A DNA stretch of 37,331 nt from a virus (IMGVR_UViG_2537561506_000022:1-37331); one strand, 5' to 3'. Counted from the stretch's first letter, positions 6,077-17,080 are shown. Notes: a model not told the origin generated them from the letters alone. Numbers and translations: made by a program.

Positions 6077-9000
6077 TCACCGCATCACCGGATCCACCTG
6101 GTTTATTAGTGGCGCAATCCAGAACAGGTTATTGCCGGGTATCAGGGTTCGGACATTATGCACAATACGATCACCGGCATCACCATTCAACACTCCTGCG
6201 GTCACATCAATGATGCTATCCGCAAGACCAAATGACGGTCCGAATAGAGATCCTACGAATCCACGACTGGCATACCTAGACTGTGTGCCAGTGCCAAATA
6301 AAGCCCCCAGCCCAACAGCACCACCAGTAGCCTTTTCAGCCATATTGTTATATTCCATCAATGGCCCAAGAATACCGGATCTATCTATACCCTCAAGCAC
6401 CAGCTTCTCTGGTGACCAGTCAACATTTTTCCCTTTCGATGCTTCTTTAAGCGCATAGACCAGTGAGCCAAGAGCAATCTGAAATGCAGTGCCATAATAA
6501 AATTGCGCAGTTCCTTCCTGTAACCCACCAAGTAGCGCACGGTTGTATGAAGCCGTTGTGAATGATTTAAACTGAAATATCGTTCGCCCCATTGGAGTAC
6601 TCGCCCATAAAGGTGTGTCACCAATACCGGGGGTGATGATAGTGTTATTAACGTCTTTCAGAACCGCTGACTGGAATACTCCGGCAACGTACTGATCGTC
6701 CCATTTATCAAAGTTACCAATGTGCCATCCATCAATTACCTCACCATGTTTCTCGAACTCACTGCGAATACGCGCAGCCATATTGTCGTTGATACCGAGT
6801 TTTGCCATGCGACGTGCAGAAAACGCACCAGACAAAATACCGTCTGACGTGAGCATTCCGTTCATGGATTTGTTTATGTCATTAAATCGATCCATGAGTG
6901 TCAGCTTGCCGAAGGCATCAGTAATTCGCTCCATTCCTGCTTCGACTGCTGTTGTCCTGGAAGAACTGTCAACAAGATCACCAATTGCACGAGAACGTGA
7001 ATGTAGTACAGTTTCCAATCCAATCCCCATCTTCAACATCTCTTCTTTGCTGGCCTTAAATGCCGGTGATTGGGATATCTGAGAAGCATAGCCTTTCATG
7101 GAGTTACGGAAACCATTAACCATAACCCCTCTGGCCAGATCTGGAATAGCTGATACTGTCATTCCACCGAGTTTGGTCGTGAAGTTCACATCCCGCAGAA
7201 AAGCGCCAGCACGAACAAAAAACGAAGACGGGTCATCAGGCATACCATATGTACCAACAAGACGATCGCGTAATGCTGTTATGTCTCTGAGATCATTTGC
7301 TCTTGATTTTGAAAGTCTGGACTGTTCTTTCCGTAATTCCTTTTCGTACTTTCGCATTAATGAATCGAGTTTACCCTGAGGAACAACTTCACCATTGCTC
7401 TCATAACGTGCTTTCAGATTTGCCACACTTTCGTCATATTTCGCCTTTATTTTTTCAGGCACTTCCCGTAACAGACTGTCATATTCGTCCTCAATTAATT
7501 GCAGACGCTCTGTCATAGTTCGTTTGCCAAATGTTCTCGTCAACTCAATTTCTGCTGCCGCTTCACGGATATGACGTTGTAGAACGTAATTCACATCACT
7601 TTCGAGATAATCCCTGATAAGACTATCAGGCACATTTAATGTTCTTTCTTTCGTACTACCTGCGGCTTTTACAGAAAATACGCTGACAAAATCCTGTGGA
7701 ACCTTAGCACCAGTAATTTTATTAATTACGATATCCGCTGCAATTTCAGCATCCTCAGGATCCAGTGTTTTATTGCCTCTCGACCACCAGTCAACCAAAA
7801 TACGTCGAAATTTATCGCGTTCACTGATTATTTTTCCAACTTTATATATACGTGGGAAATAGCTTGCCTGGCCTAATGCTTTCAGTTCTTCATCTGGCGG
7901 CAATAAACCAAGCTTTTGCATTTCAACCTTCACCCGATTTAATACAGTTCGCATCGCCTGCGCCGTTTCCTGAACAACAGGATTAGCATGCACATCACCG
8001 CTTCGCATAGCATTCCCAACCTGCTGACGAAATGAATCAAAACTCATGTCACCACCATCAGCTTTATACTTTGCGTATGCCTGTTTATTTCCGACAACAA
8101 CAGCAGCTTCTTCACGCTGCCATCCACGTGTACGGGTTTCTACAGCTACCGGTGTTTCAATCCCCCTTTCATTTCCTTTAAGGGTGAAATTATTTTCGGC
8201 TAACTCCAGCGTTGTTTTTCGCACTGTCTTGGACGGAGACTCCATTAACCTTGTCAAAGGAGTAAGATAGCTCCCTGCTTTCCATGCAGCCTTTCCAACC
8301 ACCCCACCGGAAACAGGGGTTAAATCATCCAGAGTCGCTGTATCAATTTTCATAGCACCAACACTACCACCATCAGAAAGCGAAGCGGCAGCCCTGTCAG
8401 TCGCTGATGTAATGCTCATATTATCAAGAGCATCAGCAACCTCACGCGTGGCTGCAGCCCGGACGGATGGCGAAAGCGCAACACCAGCACTGGCAAACAC
8501 GCCGCTCATCATCGCACCCGCTGCAATGTGAGCGGCACTTTCACCCCATGAGCGTGTTATTTGCTGATTATTCAGCACAACCTCGCTTAATGCTGTACCG
8601 GCTGCACCAATCGCAATCTGTGAGCCAATACGCGCCAGTGCCCCTCCTTGAGCACCGGGGATAAACATTGACGCAACAGTAACCGGATCCATTCCCGCAG
8701 CAATACTGGCAAGGGTTCCAACTACGCCAGCATCAGACAATAAACGTCTGTCTTCATTTTCATCATCTATCTGCTGCTTAATCCACGCCGTTTCCTCTGG
8801 CGATCGGGAATCTGCAAATTTCGCCCCCCAGTATTCATAACCGTGCAACTCATTTTTATCAGCATATGGGTTATAACCTTCGACCGGTTCAAACTGTCTG
8901 GCTGGTCGGAAAAAACCAGCCAGAATATTGTTCTGTCGCATTGCAGCCCCCCATACGGAAGGCTCCGGTGGCAATGGCTCAGGATTAGCCCCTTCCGGAA

Positions 9001-9091
9001 GGGCAACATCAAACCCAGTTTGTTCCGGCAAAACATTACCTGACGGGATCAGTCCGTTATTAAGATCTTCAGCTTGTGCATAAACTGGCAT
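6077..9091 (-). CDS. Internal virion / DNA-ejection protein (T7 gp16-position, 1004 aa)
   Basis: Large ORF at the end of the gp8-to-gp16 synteny block; Gly/Ala/Ser-rich segments typical of ejection proteins. Confidence 0.7.
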   Translation of the reverse strand: MPVYAQAEDLNNGLIPSGNVLPEQTGFDVALPEGANPEPLPPEPSVWGAAMRQNNILAGFFRPARQFEPVEGYNPYADKNELHGYEYWGAKFADSRSPEETAWIKQQIDDENEDRRLLSDAGVVGTLASIAAGMDPVTVASMFIPGAQGGALARIGSQIAIGAAGTALSEVVLNNQQITRSWGESAAHIAAGAMMSGVFASAGVALSPSVRAAATREVADALDNMSITSATDRAAASLSDGGSVGAMKIDTATLDDLTPVSGGVVGKAAWKAGSYLTPLTRLMESPSKTVRKTTLELAENNFTLKGNERGIETPVAVETRTRGWQREEAAVVVGNKQAYAKYKADGGDMSFDSFRQQVGNAMRSGDVHANPVVQETAQAMRTVLNRVKVEMQKLGLLPPDEELKALGQASYFPRIYKVGKIISERDKFRRILVDWWSRGNKTLDPEDAEIAADIVINKITGAKVPQDFVSVFSVKAAGSTKERTLNVPDSLIRDYLESDVNYVLQRHIREAAAEIELTRTFGKRTMTERLQLIEDEYDSLLREVPEKIKAKYDESVANLKARYESNGEVVPQGKLDSLMRKYEKELRKEQSRLSKSRANDLRDITALRDRLVGTYGMPDDPSSFFVRAGAFLRDVNFTTKLGGMTVSAIPDLARGVMVNGFRNSMKGYASQISQSPAFKASKEEMLKMGIGLETVLHSRSRAIGDLVDSSSRTTAVEAGMERITDAFGKLTLMDRFNDINKSMNGMLTSDGILSGAFSARRMAKLGINDNMAARIRSEFEKHGEVIDGWHIGNFDKWDDQYVAGVFQSAVLKDVNNTIITPGIGDTPLWASTPMGRTIFQFKSFTTASYNRALLGGLQEGTAQFYYGTAFQIALGSLVYALKEASKGKNVDWSPEKLVLEGIDRSGILGPLMEYNNMAEKATGGAVGLGALFGTGTQSRYASRGFVGSLFGPSFGLADSIIDVTAGVLNGDAGDRIVHNVRTLIPGNNLFWIAPLINQVDPVMR

Positions 9092-11808
9092 TATTTAGAT
9101 CCCCACGAAAAGTAATCTTTAAATTTGTCCATACGTTCGTTATGCAGGCGCTGATACTGCTCATCCAGAGCGCGATGCTTGTCTTTGAAGTTTCGTATAG
9201 CCTGTCCACGCATAATTTCTTCCTGCTCGTACTGCTCCCGTTCCTGCTGCATTTTCTTATAAGGTTCCCAATCTTCTAGTGATGGTTCCCAACGCATAGG
9301 ACGCCCATGTTTGTTATAAAACGGCTGGACCCGATCGATGCCATTTTCATCCTTAGTTCTTACCATAATGGCGTAATCACCATTACGAGGTGTTAACACG
9401 TCAGGGGTTATGAATAATTCTCCATTAATACGACTCTCAGGGGTTTTTGTCTCAACTACAGGAGCATTACCTGACGTGATCCCAAGCAACGTCGGACTGG
9501 TTGTTATAATCTCTTTGCGCTCACCGTACATCAGCCGTTCTTTTTCAGCTTTCCACTGCGCCGCCTGCCAGCCTGACGGCCCATATTGATAAAGCGCCTC
9601 CGGTGCATATTTCATAAACTGCGCTTCTCCGTTAACCTCGCTGATACTCCAGGTGCGGGCTATCTGCTGGTTGGTCATTTGCTTCGCTACGTCAGCGTTA
9701 CCACCAGCAACGCGGTAGTTAATGTCATACAGCGTCTGATAGTCATTACGGAATCTAGCTGCTTCCGGCGTCTGGTCATCCGCAGACGGATCCCAACGGA
9801 ACCACTGCGCCATATTGCTGACAGCAGAATTCATCGCCTTGCTGCGATTATTTTTGTACTCTTTTGAACTCTGCGTTGATGCCAATTGAGCTTTAAGAGC
9901 ATCGGTCTGGTTGTACGTCAGGTTCTGCGCCTGCTCGATAGCCGCATCAGCAGACATGCCAGAATCTGTTAGTTGCTTAACAGTCAGATAAAAACCCTGC
10001 ATATCCTTCGGCATATTTCCAATAGATGCATTGTCTGTTTCATATAACCGACTAAACAAATTCGCTGCATTTTTAACCACTTCCTGATTGCTGGATCTGG
10101 ATACTGCTGAAAGCTGCGTGATGACCTGCGAAGGCATGATGCCAGTCTGAGCCACAAGCCGAACAACCCCATCATGAGTGGAGGCATCATTAATACGAAA
10201 GTTCTGCGCCATTTCTGTGTAATCAGCAGCTTTCTGCATTGATTTGTTGCTTGGGTCTAATTTTTCACCTATTGTCAGCGCCTCATTGAATCTGCGTGAA
10301 TCACGTTGCGCCTGAATTGCTTCATTTGATCGCTGAAGCAATGCAGACAATTTTCCGTAAGCATCGAGTTTTAACGCATAGTGAGGATCGTTAACCTCAG
10401 GCTTCACTTTCTGCATTTCTTCTTGCTGCTGAGAAGGAGGTAAATACTGAATTGCCTGGAATATTCTCGCGTTATCAATCGCTATATCCAGTTGATTGAT
10501 TATTTTATCTGCATTTTTTCCATACCCCCTGATGATAGTCTCCTGAGCCGGTATATAATCTGGAACCTCACCGTTATATAGCTGGGCCATGGTGTTATTA
10601 ATAGCTGGCTCAAGCTGTTCTAATATTAACTTCCTTTGCTTTTCTATCTGACTATTAGCAAGGTTATCTATTTGATAAATAGTCAGCGGATCCATTCCAG
10701 TTTTATTTTTTCTATATCGGGAAAGCCACCCTTGTGTTTCTGATGGAAGATTTCGGATAAATTCTTCTTCTGATATTTCACCTTTACGTGGATCACCGAC
10801 TTTGGCGATCAGTTTATCCACGTTACCCATCCCCCAGTTATATGCTGCTCCGGTCAATATTTCGGAGCCGTACTTACCATACAGTTGATTTACATAGTCA
10901 CTGGCGAGCATTTCATGCTGTTGTTCGTCCGTAGGGTTGTATTTAACGCCACGCTTGGCCGCCAGTTCTTTCCCTGTGCCCGGCATTAACTGGTATTTCC
11001 CCTGGGCTCTCTCTCCAGAAGATGTTATCGGTCCTTCAAGAAGACTACCATCAGGATTAAAATGTCGATCACCTGATTCAACAAGGCGTATGGCACGCAT
11101 GTCCATGCCTCCAGAATCATTTTTCTGAAACAGACCATTTAGCCATCCTTCTGGATTGGCAGCGGCATAATTCTTCGCCCGCATTTCTGTGGCACGGCGA
11201 TCATCACTTTCTATTTCTTCCAGAATGCGTTCTTGTGACCATCCCCTGGCAGCTCCATATCTAGCAATGGCTACCATTCTGGAATTTCTGGCTAAAGTGG
11301 CAGTTTGCGGGTCATTCCAGGCATCCGCTTCATTTTGTATCCATAATTTTCTCGTTGCCTGATTTTGCTCATCTTCATAGGCATTTGTCTGCCCTATCTC
11401 ATGTCTGAGAACTCCAGTACTGAACTGAATTTTCTGTGTTCTGGCTTGTTGCAAAAACATATTTCTTGCTGCTTCATCAGTCAATGAAGCAGCTATTTCT
11501 TCCACATCCTGATCAAATCCAGATATGTACTCTTGCCCCTTACCAATCGCATTTTTGCCTTGTTGTGCATAAAAACCGGTTTGAGGGTTATAAAGACGTT
11601 CATTGCTGCGCTGATTAAGCTGAAGGATGGCATCCTGAGACAATGCAACATTCGCTTTCTGCCTGGCTTCACCATATGCCACCGCATACTGATCTGCGAC
11701 ATTCGCCAGCACCTGACCTGCTTGAGGAACATCGAAGATCTGAAAACCACCGGTTTGCACACCACGACTTTGCACCTGGCGTCCGGATGTAGTAGGAACA
11801 ACTGGCAT
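9091..11808 (-). CDS. Internal virion protein with lytic transglycosylase (SLT) domain (T7 gp15/gp16-like, 905 aa)
   Basis: Contains VESGDRHFNPDG...GKYQLMPGTG, matching the SLT ES...YQLM catalytic signature; position in the T7-like block. Confidence 0.8.
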   Translation of the reverse strand: MPVVPTTSGRQVQSRGVQTGGFQIFDVPQAGQVLANVADQYAVAYGEARQKANVALSQDAILQLNQRSNERLYNPQTGFYAQQGKNAIGKGQEYISGFDQDVEEIAASLTDEAARNMFLQQARTQKIQFSTGVLRHEIGQTNAYEDEQNQATRKLWIQNEADAWNDPQTATLARNSRMVAIARYGAARGWSQERILEEIESDDRRATEMRAKNYAAANPEGWLNGLFQKNDSGGMDMRAIRLVESGDRHFNPDGSLLEGPITSSGERAQGKYQLMPGTGKELAAKRGVKYNPTDEQQHEMLASDYVNQLYGKYGSEILTGAAYNWGMGNVDKLIAKVGDPRKGEISEEEFIRNLPSETQGWLSRYRKNKTGMDPLTIYQIDNLANSQIEKQRKLILEQLEPAINNTMAQLYNGEVPDYIPAQETIIRGYGKNADKIINQLDIAIDNARIFQAIQYLPPSQQQEEMQKVKPEVNDPHYALKLDAYGKLSALLQRSNEAIQAQRDSRRFNEALTIGEKLDPSNKSMQKAADYTEMAQNFRINDASTHDGVVRLVAQTGIMPSQVITQLSAVSRSSNQEVVKNAANLFSRLYETDNASIGNMPKDMQGFYLTVKQLTDSGMSADAAIEQAQNLTYNQTDALKAQLASTQSSKEYKNNRSKAMNSAVSNMAQWFRWDPSADDQTPEAARFRNDYQTLYDINYRVAGGNADVAKQMTNQQIARTWSISEVNGEAQFMKYAPEALYQYGPSGWQAAQWKAEKERLMYGERKEIITTSPTLLGITSGNAPVVETKTPESRINGELFITPDVLTPRNGDYAIMVRTKDENGIDRVQPFYNKHGRPMRWEPSLEDWEPYKKMQQEREQYEQEEIMRGQAIRNFKDKHRALDEQYQRLHNERMDKFKDYFSWGSK

Positions 11809-12383
11809 CAGTAACCTCCTATTTTGAATCGGGAGTCAGAATTCATAAAACCTGAGTTAGATAACATTGGCGTCCCACCACTAGATGTACTTCCTTTAGA
11901 GAACGGACTCCACGTCCCACCAAACATCTGGTACGCACCGTATGCCTTCAGAGGCGCAGTGAGCAATGTTGTTGCTGCTCCCACATTCCCCTGTTTACGG
12001 GCTGAACTGGCTTCTGCTTTATAGTTGGCAGCCTGAACCTGATAACCGTAAGCCTCGCGTTGCGCGTTATTCACCGTCGTCAGCGAATCAAGAGCGCCAA
12101 ACTGGGCAGTGTCGCCAAATATATCCAGCGCGTTACCTGTAGATAAATCAGCGCCGGTAGCCCCCATTGTCGCCGCTTGTGTACCAAGCCGCTGTCGGGT
12201 CTCTCTGCGCCGTTGCTCAGCTTCAGCGTTACCTCTGTTTATTGCATCATTTGCCTGAGCTGTGGCTATATCTGCGTTCGCTTCTGCAACCTTCGAGGCA
12301 TATTTTCCCTGTTGGTACTGGGTGTATGCCTGAATGCCACTCATGGCGAGCATTGCGCCACCAGCAATAACCGGATCGCACAT
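11808..12383 (-). CDS. Internal virion protein B (T7 gp14-like)
   Basis: 191 aa; starts MC...AMSGIQAY like T7 gp14 (MCWAAAIPIAISGAQAI); Ala/Gln-rich. Confidence 0.55.
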   Translation of the reverse strand: MCDPVIAGGAMLAMSGIQAYTQYQQGKYASKVAEANADIATAQANDAINRGNAEAEQRRRETRQRLGTQAATMGATGADLSTGNALDIFGDTAQFGALDSLTTVNNAQREAYGYQVQAANYKAEASSARKQGNVGAATTLLTAPLKAYGAYQMFGGTWSPFSKGSTSSGGTPMLSNSGFMNSDSRFKIGGY

Positions 12384-12850
12384 TATTTTCTCTCCATGTG
12401 AAATCTGTGGAAATTAAGACCAAGAGCACCATAAGGCGCGGCTTCCTCAATCCTGAATCCAAGCCAGTGCAGCCATGCTTTGGCAACATGGTTTCGCTCG
12501 TCGACATAGTTTTCCAGGCGCGGATAAACTGCCAGCATCTGCTGCAACACAGGGCGGCAGTGGCGAAGAAATGTCTTCTGATATTTTTCAATACGGCTGG
12601 TTCCTACCAGCCAGGGCGTACCATTGCCACCGATCATTGACGCCGGAGATACACCAAACATGGTTACCAGTTCTCCGTTCGCGAACCCTGACCAGGCCAT
12701 AGTCGCAGTGCGAAGACCAACACGTAGCGCATCTTCGGTAGTCATCAGTGATACTGCATACAGTTCGTCAACATCAGCCTGACGAACATCCGGCAAAATC
12801 ATCTGAAGATGCTCTTCGGTAGCGGGAATAATTTTAACGTCGATCATCAA
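12383..12850 (-). CDS. Internal virion protein A (T7 gp13-position)
   Basis: 155-aa ORF translationally coupled between the gp12-like and gp14-like genes; assignment by synteny only. Confidence 0.45.
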   Translation of the reverse strand: MMIDVKIIPATEEHLQMILPDVRQADVDELYAVSLMTTEDALRVGLRTATMAWSGFANGELVTMFGVSPASMIGGNGTPWLVGTSRIEKYQKTFLRHCRPVLQQMLAVYPRLENYVDERNHVAKAWLHWLGFRIEEAAPYGALGLNFHRFHMERK

Positions 12851-15318
12851 AATCCCCCAACAGTAAGGCGAGGAATAACGGCAAGAACAGACAGCGGCAA
12901 CGGGTCAAGCTGACGGATTCTTACACGTCCGTTTTTGCCCCAGTTACTGTCCAGTTTCACTTCTACTTTTCCGGTAGCGTCATCAACAGGATCATCGTAG
13001 AACTCGAATTCACGCTGTGGATATTCGTACCATTTACCGCCTGGCGTAGTCGCCCAGATGCCGCGGCTGGCATTCACAACCAGAGTAACGGACGGGATCA
13101 CCTGTTTTTTGTCCAGCAGCGTTTCCTGTCCGTTAATGTTGATATCCAGTGTTTCGAATTCAGCAGTTATTGGCAGGCCGATGTGCACTACAGCCCCCGG
13201 TGATTCCAGCGTGACGGCACCTCCGGAAACCACTTTCTGTGGTTCCACGTTCGCATCAGAGAGAATGTTTACGGTCTGGCCTTCAAGATGAGACAGGCCT
13301 CCAAATGTCCGGCGCGCCATCTGCCAGTTCATGGTGGCCGCATTCCTGAGGGATGGCGGGACGTTCCTGTTGGCACGAACCACTACAGCGGTATTGCTGG
13401 TTACAGAAATAATGTCGCAACGTAATTCTTTTGACACTTCATCGCCAGTACCAGGATCAGTTCCGGCATAAGGGAACTGTAGTTGCGCGCCGACATCACT
13501 ACTGGTGAAGTACGCACCACCAGAAACACTGATTGTATATTCCGCGCGATAATCCCATTCGCCAGAACCACCAGTGATGGTCATCGTTCTGTCAGACGTA
13601 TTTCTTCCATCATAGCTAAGGCCAGAATCAACAAAGAAAGCATCTTCATCGCTGGTAAATAAACGGCTGGACAGTCTCTCGATGTATCTCACTGTTTGCC
13701 CGTTAACGGTTCTGTTAACGACGAAATACACCGCATCTTCATTGCCTTCGCTGATACTGCATGTGCTTTCATATTTTCCGGTACTGGATTGTGGTGCCCA
13801 TGCAAAAACCTGCTGATCACGCAAATAGGTCATCACCAGTAATTTACCGTCATCACGGATGCAGAAGGCGCTGGAGTAAGGGACTATCGAGAAGCACCAG
13901 TCAACAATGCTGTGCTTCTGAAAAAGATGATTGGCAAGGATAGTAAGGTCGTTCCCCTGATAGCCGTCAACATCGAATGAGTAGGCCAGATCACGGACAA
14001 CACTGCCTTTCTCCTGGACGAACAGAGCAATATTCGCCACGGCAATTGGTGGGACATTGCTCGAGCCATTTGATCCCTGAGAGCTGAATGCAAATGATGA
14101 TGGGGTAAGCACTTTGTTCTGGTCTCCAGTGATGACGTACTCACCTCCGGAAGTCAGCGCCACCAGCGAACCAACATCAATCAGGTGGCGGATCTCATTA
14201 ACCTGACGCCCGGCATAGGTGTAGATAATTCTGTCGTCATCCTGCGTAGGATTGCTTTTGCCAAAATCCTTATAATCACCAGTACGGCTGGCCCAGATAG
14301 TCTGAGGGAACGCAGTCGATGCGGCGAAGTAAAGACGTTGTTGATAATAAACAACAGTGCCAGGATAACCATTAACACTGTTCCAGGCATATTTAGCCCA
14401 TTTATAGCTGGCATTATCCTCGCCAACGACCTGCGAAGGGATATAGGAAATCACCTCGGCAGTTGCAGTAGTTCCATTTGCAGCAGAGATACGGGCAATG
14501 CCAAAACCACTGTGCAGATACTCCCACTCAATGCCGGTATCATCATCACCGGATCCGCCCCAGCCATCCCATGATGTGCCTTCTGTATGAGAAGGGCGCA
14601 AAGTGCCTGTTTTGCCTGCTGTAACGGCGCGATAGTAGTTACTGTCTGCACGGCGAATATCGCCAATCGACGTACTCTTACTGGTTTCCCATACCGGCAC
14701 TGAATCCACTGCAGGCTGTTCCAGATAGAACAATTTGCCTACCTGCTCCGCGCCAAAAATAGAGGCGTTTGCCGTTAACGTAATTGTCCCGGTGCTGGCG
14801 CTGGCATAAACCGTCACTGACTCGTCAATATTGATATCTTCAAATGGCCCGTTCTTCGTTACCACATCAACAAGTTGCCAGTTGTCATGCGCATAGCGCC
14901 GCAACTCTTTCGGCGGGTATTCCGGGTGAACCAGCGTAAGCACGTCAGCGCTTTGCGTGAATTTAATTCGGAACAGATCAGCTTCAGTATATGGCGTGGC
15001 AATTTCATAAATAACATTGCTGCTGTTCAGCACCAACGCACCATCTTTGATAACGCGCATGTACTGGTGTCCGAACTCCAGAGCATAGGTCTGAACCGTC
15101 GAGAACTGGAACGGGATCAGGCGGCATTTCCGATTTGGGTATTTGGCGGCACCAACAAAACGCGTACCAGGTCGATTCTCAACGCCGCCATACTGCCGCA
15201 CGATAAAGTTATCGCACTTGCGCAATGCCACCTGGTACTTCGCCATGTCGATACGACCATACAACGATGGTCCAATCTCACCACCGGCAAAGCTGGGCTG
15301 GATCCAACTGATAGCCAT
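12847..15318 (-). CDS. Tail tubular protein B / nozzle (T7 gp12-like, 823 aa)
   Basis: N-terminus MAISWIQPSFAGGEIGPSLYGRID resembles T7 gp12 MALISQSIKNLKGGISQQPD; size and position match. Confidence 0.7.
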   Translation of the reverse strand: MAISWIQPSFAGGEIGPSLYGRIDMAKYQVALRKCDNFIVRQYGGVENRPGTRFVGAAKYPNRKCRLIPFQFSTVQTYALEFGHQYMRVIKDGALVLNSSNVIYEIATPYTEADLFRIKFTQSADVLTLVHPEYPPKELRRYAHDNWQLVDVVTKNGPFEDINIDESVTVYASASTGTITLTANASIFGAEQVGKLFYLEQPAVDSVPVWETSKSTSIGDIRRADSNYYRAVTAGKTGTLRPSHTEGTSWDGWGGSGDDDTGIEWEYLHSGFGIARISAANGTTATAEVISYIPSQVVGEDNASYKWAKYAWNSVNGYPGTVVYYQQRLYFAASTAFPQTIWASRTGDYKDFGKSNPTQDDDRIIYTYAGRQVNEIRHLIDVGSLVALTSGGEYVITGDQNKVLTPSSFAFSSQGSNGSSNVPPIAVANIALFVQEKGSVVRDLAYSFDVDGYQGNDLTILANHLFQKHSIVDWCFSIVPYSSAFCIRDDGKLLVMTYLRDQQVFAWAPQSSTGKYESTCSISEGNEDAVYFVVNRTVNGQTVRYIERLSSRLFTSDEDAFFVDSGLSYDGRNTSDRTMTITGGSGEWDYRAEYTISVSGGAYFTSSDVGAQLQFPYAGTDPGTGDEVSKELRCDIISVTSNTAVVVRANRNVPPSLRNAATMNWQMARRTFGGLSHLEGQTVNILSDANVEPQKVVSGGAVTLESPGAVVHIGLPITAEFETLDININGQETLLDKKQVIPSVTLVVNASRGIWATTPGGKWYEYPQREFEFYDDPVDDATGKVEVKLDSNWGKNGRVRIRQLDPLPLSVLAVIPRLTVGGF

Positions 15319-15926
15319 CAGGACAACCTCGCAATGGTAAACTCGTCAACCGGTGGCTGTGGTTCCTGTGATTCATTCTGGCTATGCGAGCCAGCACTAA
15401 GAATCACGCGATTGTACATATTGATGGCAAACGTACCGAGGTCTGCATTCCCAGTCAGCGCCATGTTAATAGCTGCCGCAAGACGCCAGGCCAACGCCTC
15501 CATAAAAATGGCATCAAACATGTTCACATCTGTAACGCGAGAGACATACTTGAGCCATGCCTGAGGCTGGTCTGTGTAGATCAACTTTCCTGTTCCGTTG
15601 GTGTCTGCACCAACTTCGTACTGAACGCGCATTGGTGCTGCTGGATTGCGTACACCAGGAAGCATAATTTCAGTAATGCGCAGACAATCGGACGGGTACT
15701 GGTACGCATATTCCCAGTCAGGCGGTGGATTGCTCGTATCTGCAAGCGCCACGCGTTTGGTAGCAAAGTTCCAGTCAAAATCAGAAAGCACAGCATCACG
15801 GCAGGCCTCAAAGTGCAGCGAACATTCCCCCGCTTCCTTGCTGGCTTCCGTCAGGCTGTTAATGCTGCGGCTATTGCCAATATTGGACAGCGCACGATTA
15901 CAGATCTCTACTACAGAGGCCATCAC
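15318..15926 (-). CDS. Tail tubular protein A (T7 gp11-like, 202 aa)
   Basis: NRALSNIGNSRSINSLTE...WNFA aligns with T7 gp11 NDILASIGEPPVSTLE...WTFN; immediately precedes the gp12-like gene. Confidence 0.65.
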   Translation of the reverse strand: MMASVVEICNRALSNIGNSRSINSLTEASKEAGECSLHFEACRDAVLSDFDWNFATKRVALADTSNPPPDWEYAYQYPSDCLRITEIMLPGVRNPAAPMRVQYEVGADTNGTGKLIYTDQPQAWLKYVSRVTDVNMFDAIFMEALAWRLAAAINMALTGNADLGTFAINMYNRVILSAGSHSQNESQEPQPPVDEFTIARLS

Positions 15927-16246
15927 TCACCTCCGTTACCGTACAGAGTTTCAGCCGCTGATTTTTCTACATCCCCGGAAACAGGAGCGATCGCCATATC
16001 AGTGATCTGCAGATCGGCGCTGCGATTAACGCCATCGTCAGTTTCTCTGGCTGACAGGCCTCGAATAACAGCCTTTGCAGTTATCATCACTTCTGTTCCG
16101 ACGCCCTTAGGTTGCGCCTTCAGCTTATTCAATGTGTCGTTATTCAGCGTGATGCACAGCCCCCACGGGTATTCATCGCGAGTTCTGGTTTCTCCGCTCT
16201 CATCCTGGTAGCTGTCAGTGCCGGTTTTGAGGTTTACGAGTTCCAT
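15923..16246 (-). CDS. Hypothetical virion-module protein
   Basis: ATG at 16244..16246 (reverse) with AGGAG 6 nt upstream (track ORF starts at GTG 16252); a GGGGC-TTCG-GCCCC hairpin lies just upstream. Confidence 0.5.
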   Translation of the reverse strand: MELVNLKTGTDSYQDESGETRTRDEYPWGLCITLNNDTLNKLKAQPKGVGTEVMITAKAVIRGLSARETDDGVNRSADLQITDMAIAPVSGDVEKSAAETLYGNGGE

Positions 16247-16296
16247 ATACACTCCTGCAATAAAGGGGCCGAAGCCCCTTGTCTGATTCGCGAGGC

Positions 16297-16632
16297 TTAC
16301 ACGCCCAGTTCTTTACGCTTATCTGCGATCTTCTCGCGGAGCGTTTCGGCTTTGGCGTTATGGTGTGGCTTCTCGTTAAAGAGCAATTCGTACTCTTCAC
16401 GGAGCTTATCCAGTTCACCATCATCTGACACATCGTTGATGATTTTGGTGCTGGTTGCTGCCATTGACACCTTTCCTGCAACTTTTGCTTTTGCCTGTCT
16501 GGCTGCATCGTTAACAGGTTCCAGTGCGCTACCAGGCTCACCTTCGTATTCGATTTCTGCCCCCTCCGGCCACAGAGTGTTATGGATATGAGAGAGGCGC
16601 AGAACGCGGTATCTTGGTTTCTCACCTGACAT
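16297..16632 (-). CDS. Hypothetical virion-module protein (charged, coiled-coil-like)
   Basis: ATG at 16630..16632 (reverse) with GGTGA 6 nt upstream; preferred over the overlapping alternative-frame ORF 16215..16625. Confidence 0.5.
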   Translation of the reverse strand: MSGEKPRYRVLRLSHIHNTLWPEGAEIEYEGEPGSALEPVNDAARQAKAKVAGKVSMAATSTKIINDVSDDGELDKLREEYELLFNEKPHHNAKAETLREKIADKRKELGV

Positions 16633-16642
16633 CGATATCACC

Positions 16643-17080
16643 TTAACCAGTTACTTTTGAGCGGATCGGGTACGGCGTATTGGCATCAACATCCAGACTG
16701 ATACCCGCAGTGAATTTGCCGGCCGTTAGTGGGCCAGTTGCGACGGAGTAGTTAACACGCAGATATCGCTGAACACCGGCTGGCACCTTTGCAGAAACAA
16801 CTCGCTTACCTGCTGTCAGGGTGGCCTTTGCCAACGCACCACTATCATAAATAGTGGTCCAAGAGCTGTTATTCTCACTCGTCTGCAACTGGATGTTTAC
16901 AGTTGCCTCACCACTTGCCGTGGCGGCTTCGTTAACCAGCACCCAAAACTCAAGCGGGTAACCCACACCGATATCGCGACGGTTTCCATCAATTGGACCG
17001 AGATCGATTACGTCAGTAGAAGCCGCGGTATTCGTAACCGCCTGAGCTTCGGAGAACATCAACAGTTTGTCGGTGATCAT
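16643..17080 (-). CDS. Hypothetical virion protein directly after the capsid gene (possible decoration protein)
   Basis: 145 aa, Thr/Ala/Val-rich; GGAG RBS; position only. Confidence 0.5.
   Translation of the reverse strand: MITDKLLMFSEAQAVTNTAASTDVIDLGPIDGNRRDIGVGYPLEFWVLVNEAATASGEATVNIQLQTSENNSSWTTIYDSGALAKATLTAGKRVVSAKVPAGVQRYLRVNYSVATGPLTAGKFTAGISLDVDANTPYPIRSKVTG

Noticed and set aside
6132-9043. Plus-strand track ORFs inside the gp16-like gene (6132..6458, 6720..7082, 7098..7379, 7297..7518, 8046..8270, 8467..8664, 8843..9043)
   Set aside because: All lie antisense within a long, well-supported virion ORF, have no RBS and give Pro/Ser/Arg-rich low-complexity translations.
9586-15564. 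Other short ORFs antisense or out of frame within the virion genes (for example 9586..9867, 13058..13291, 14185..14574, 14875..15564, 15384..16211)
   Set aside because: Embedded in long coding frames on the opposite strand; typical artefacts of a six-frame scan.
16215-16625. 136-aa minus-strand ORF overlapping ORF 16297..16641 in another frame
   Set aside because: Cys/Arg/Ser-rich implausible translation; the alternative frame has an RBS and a charged, protein-like sequence.
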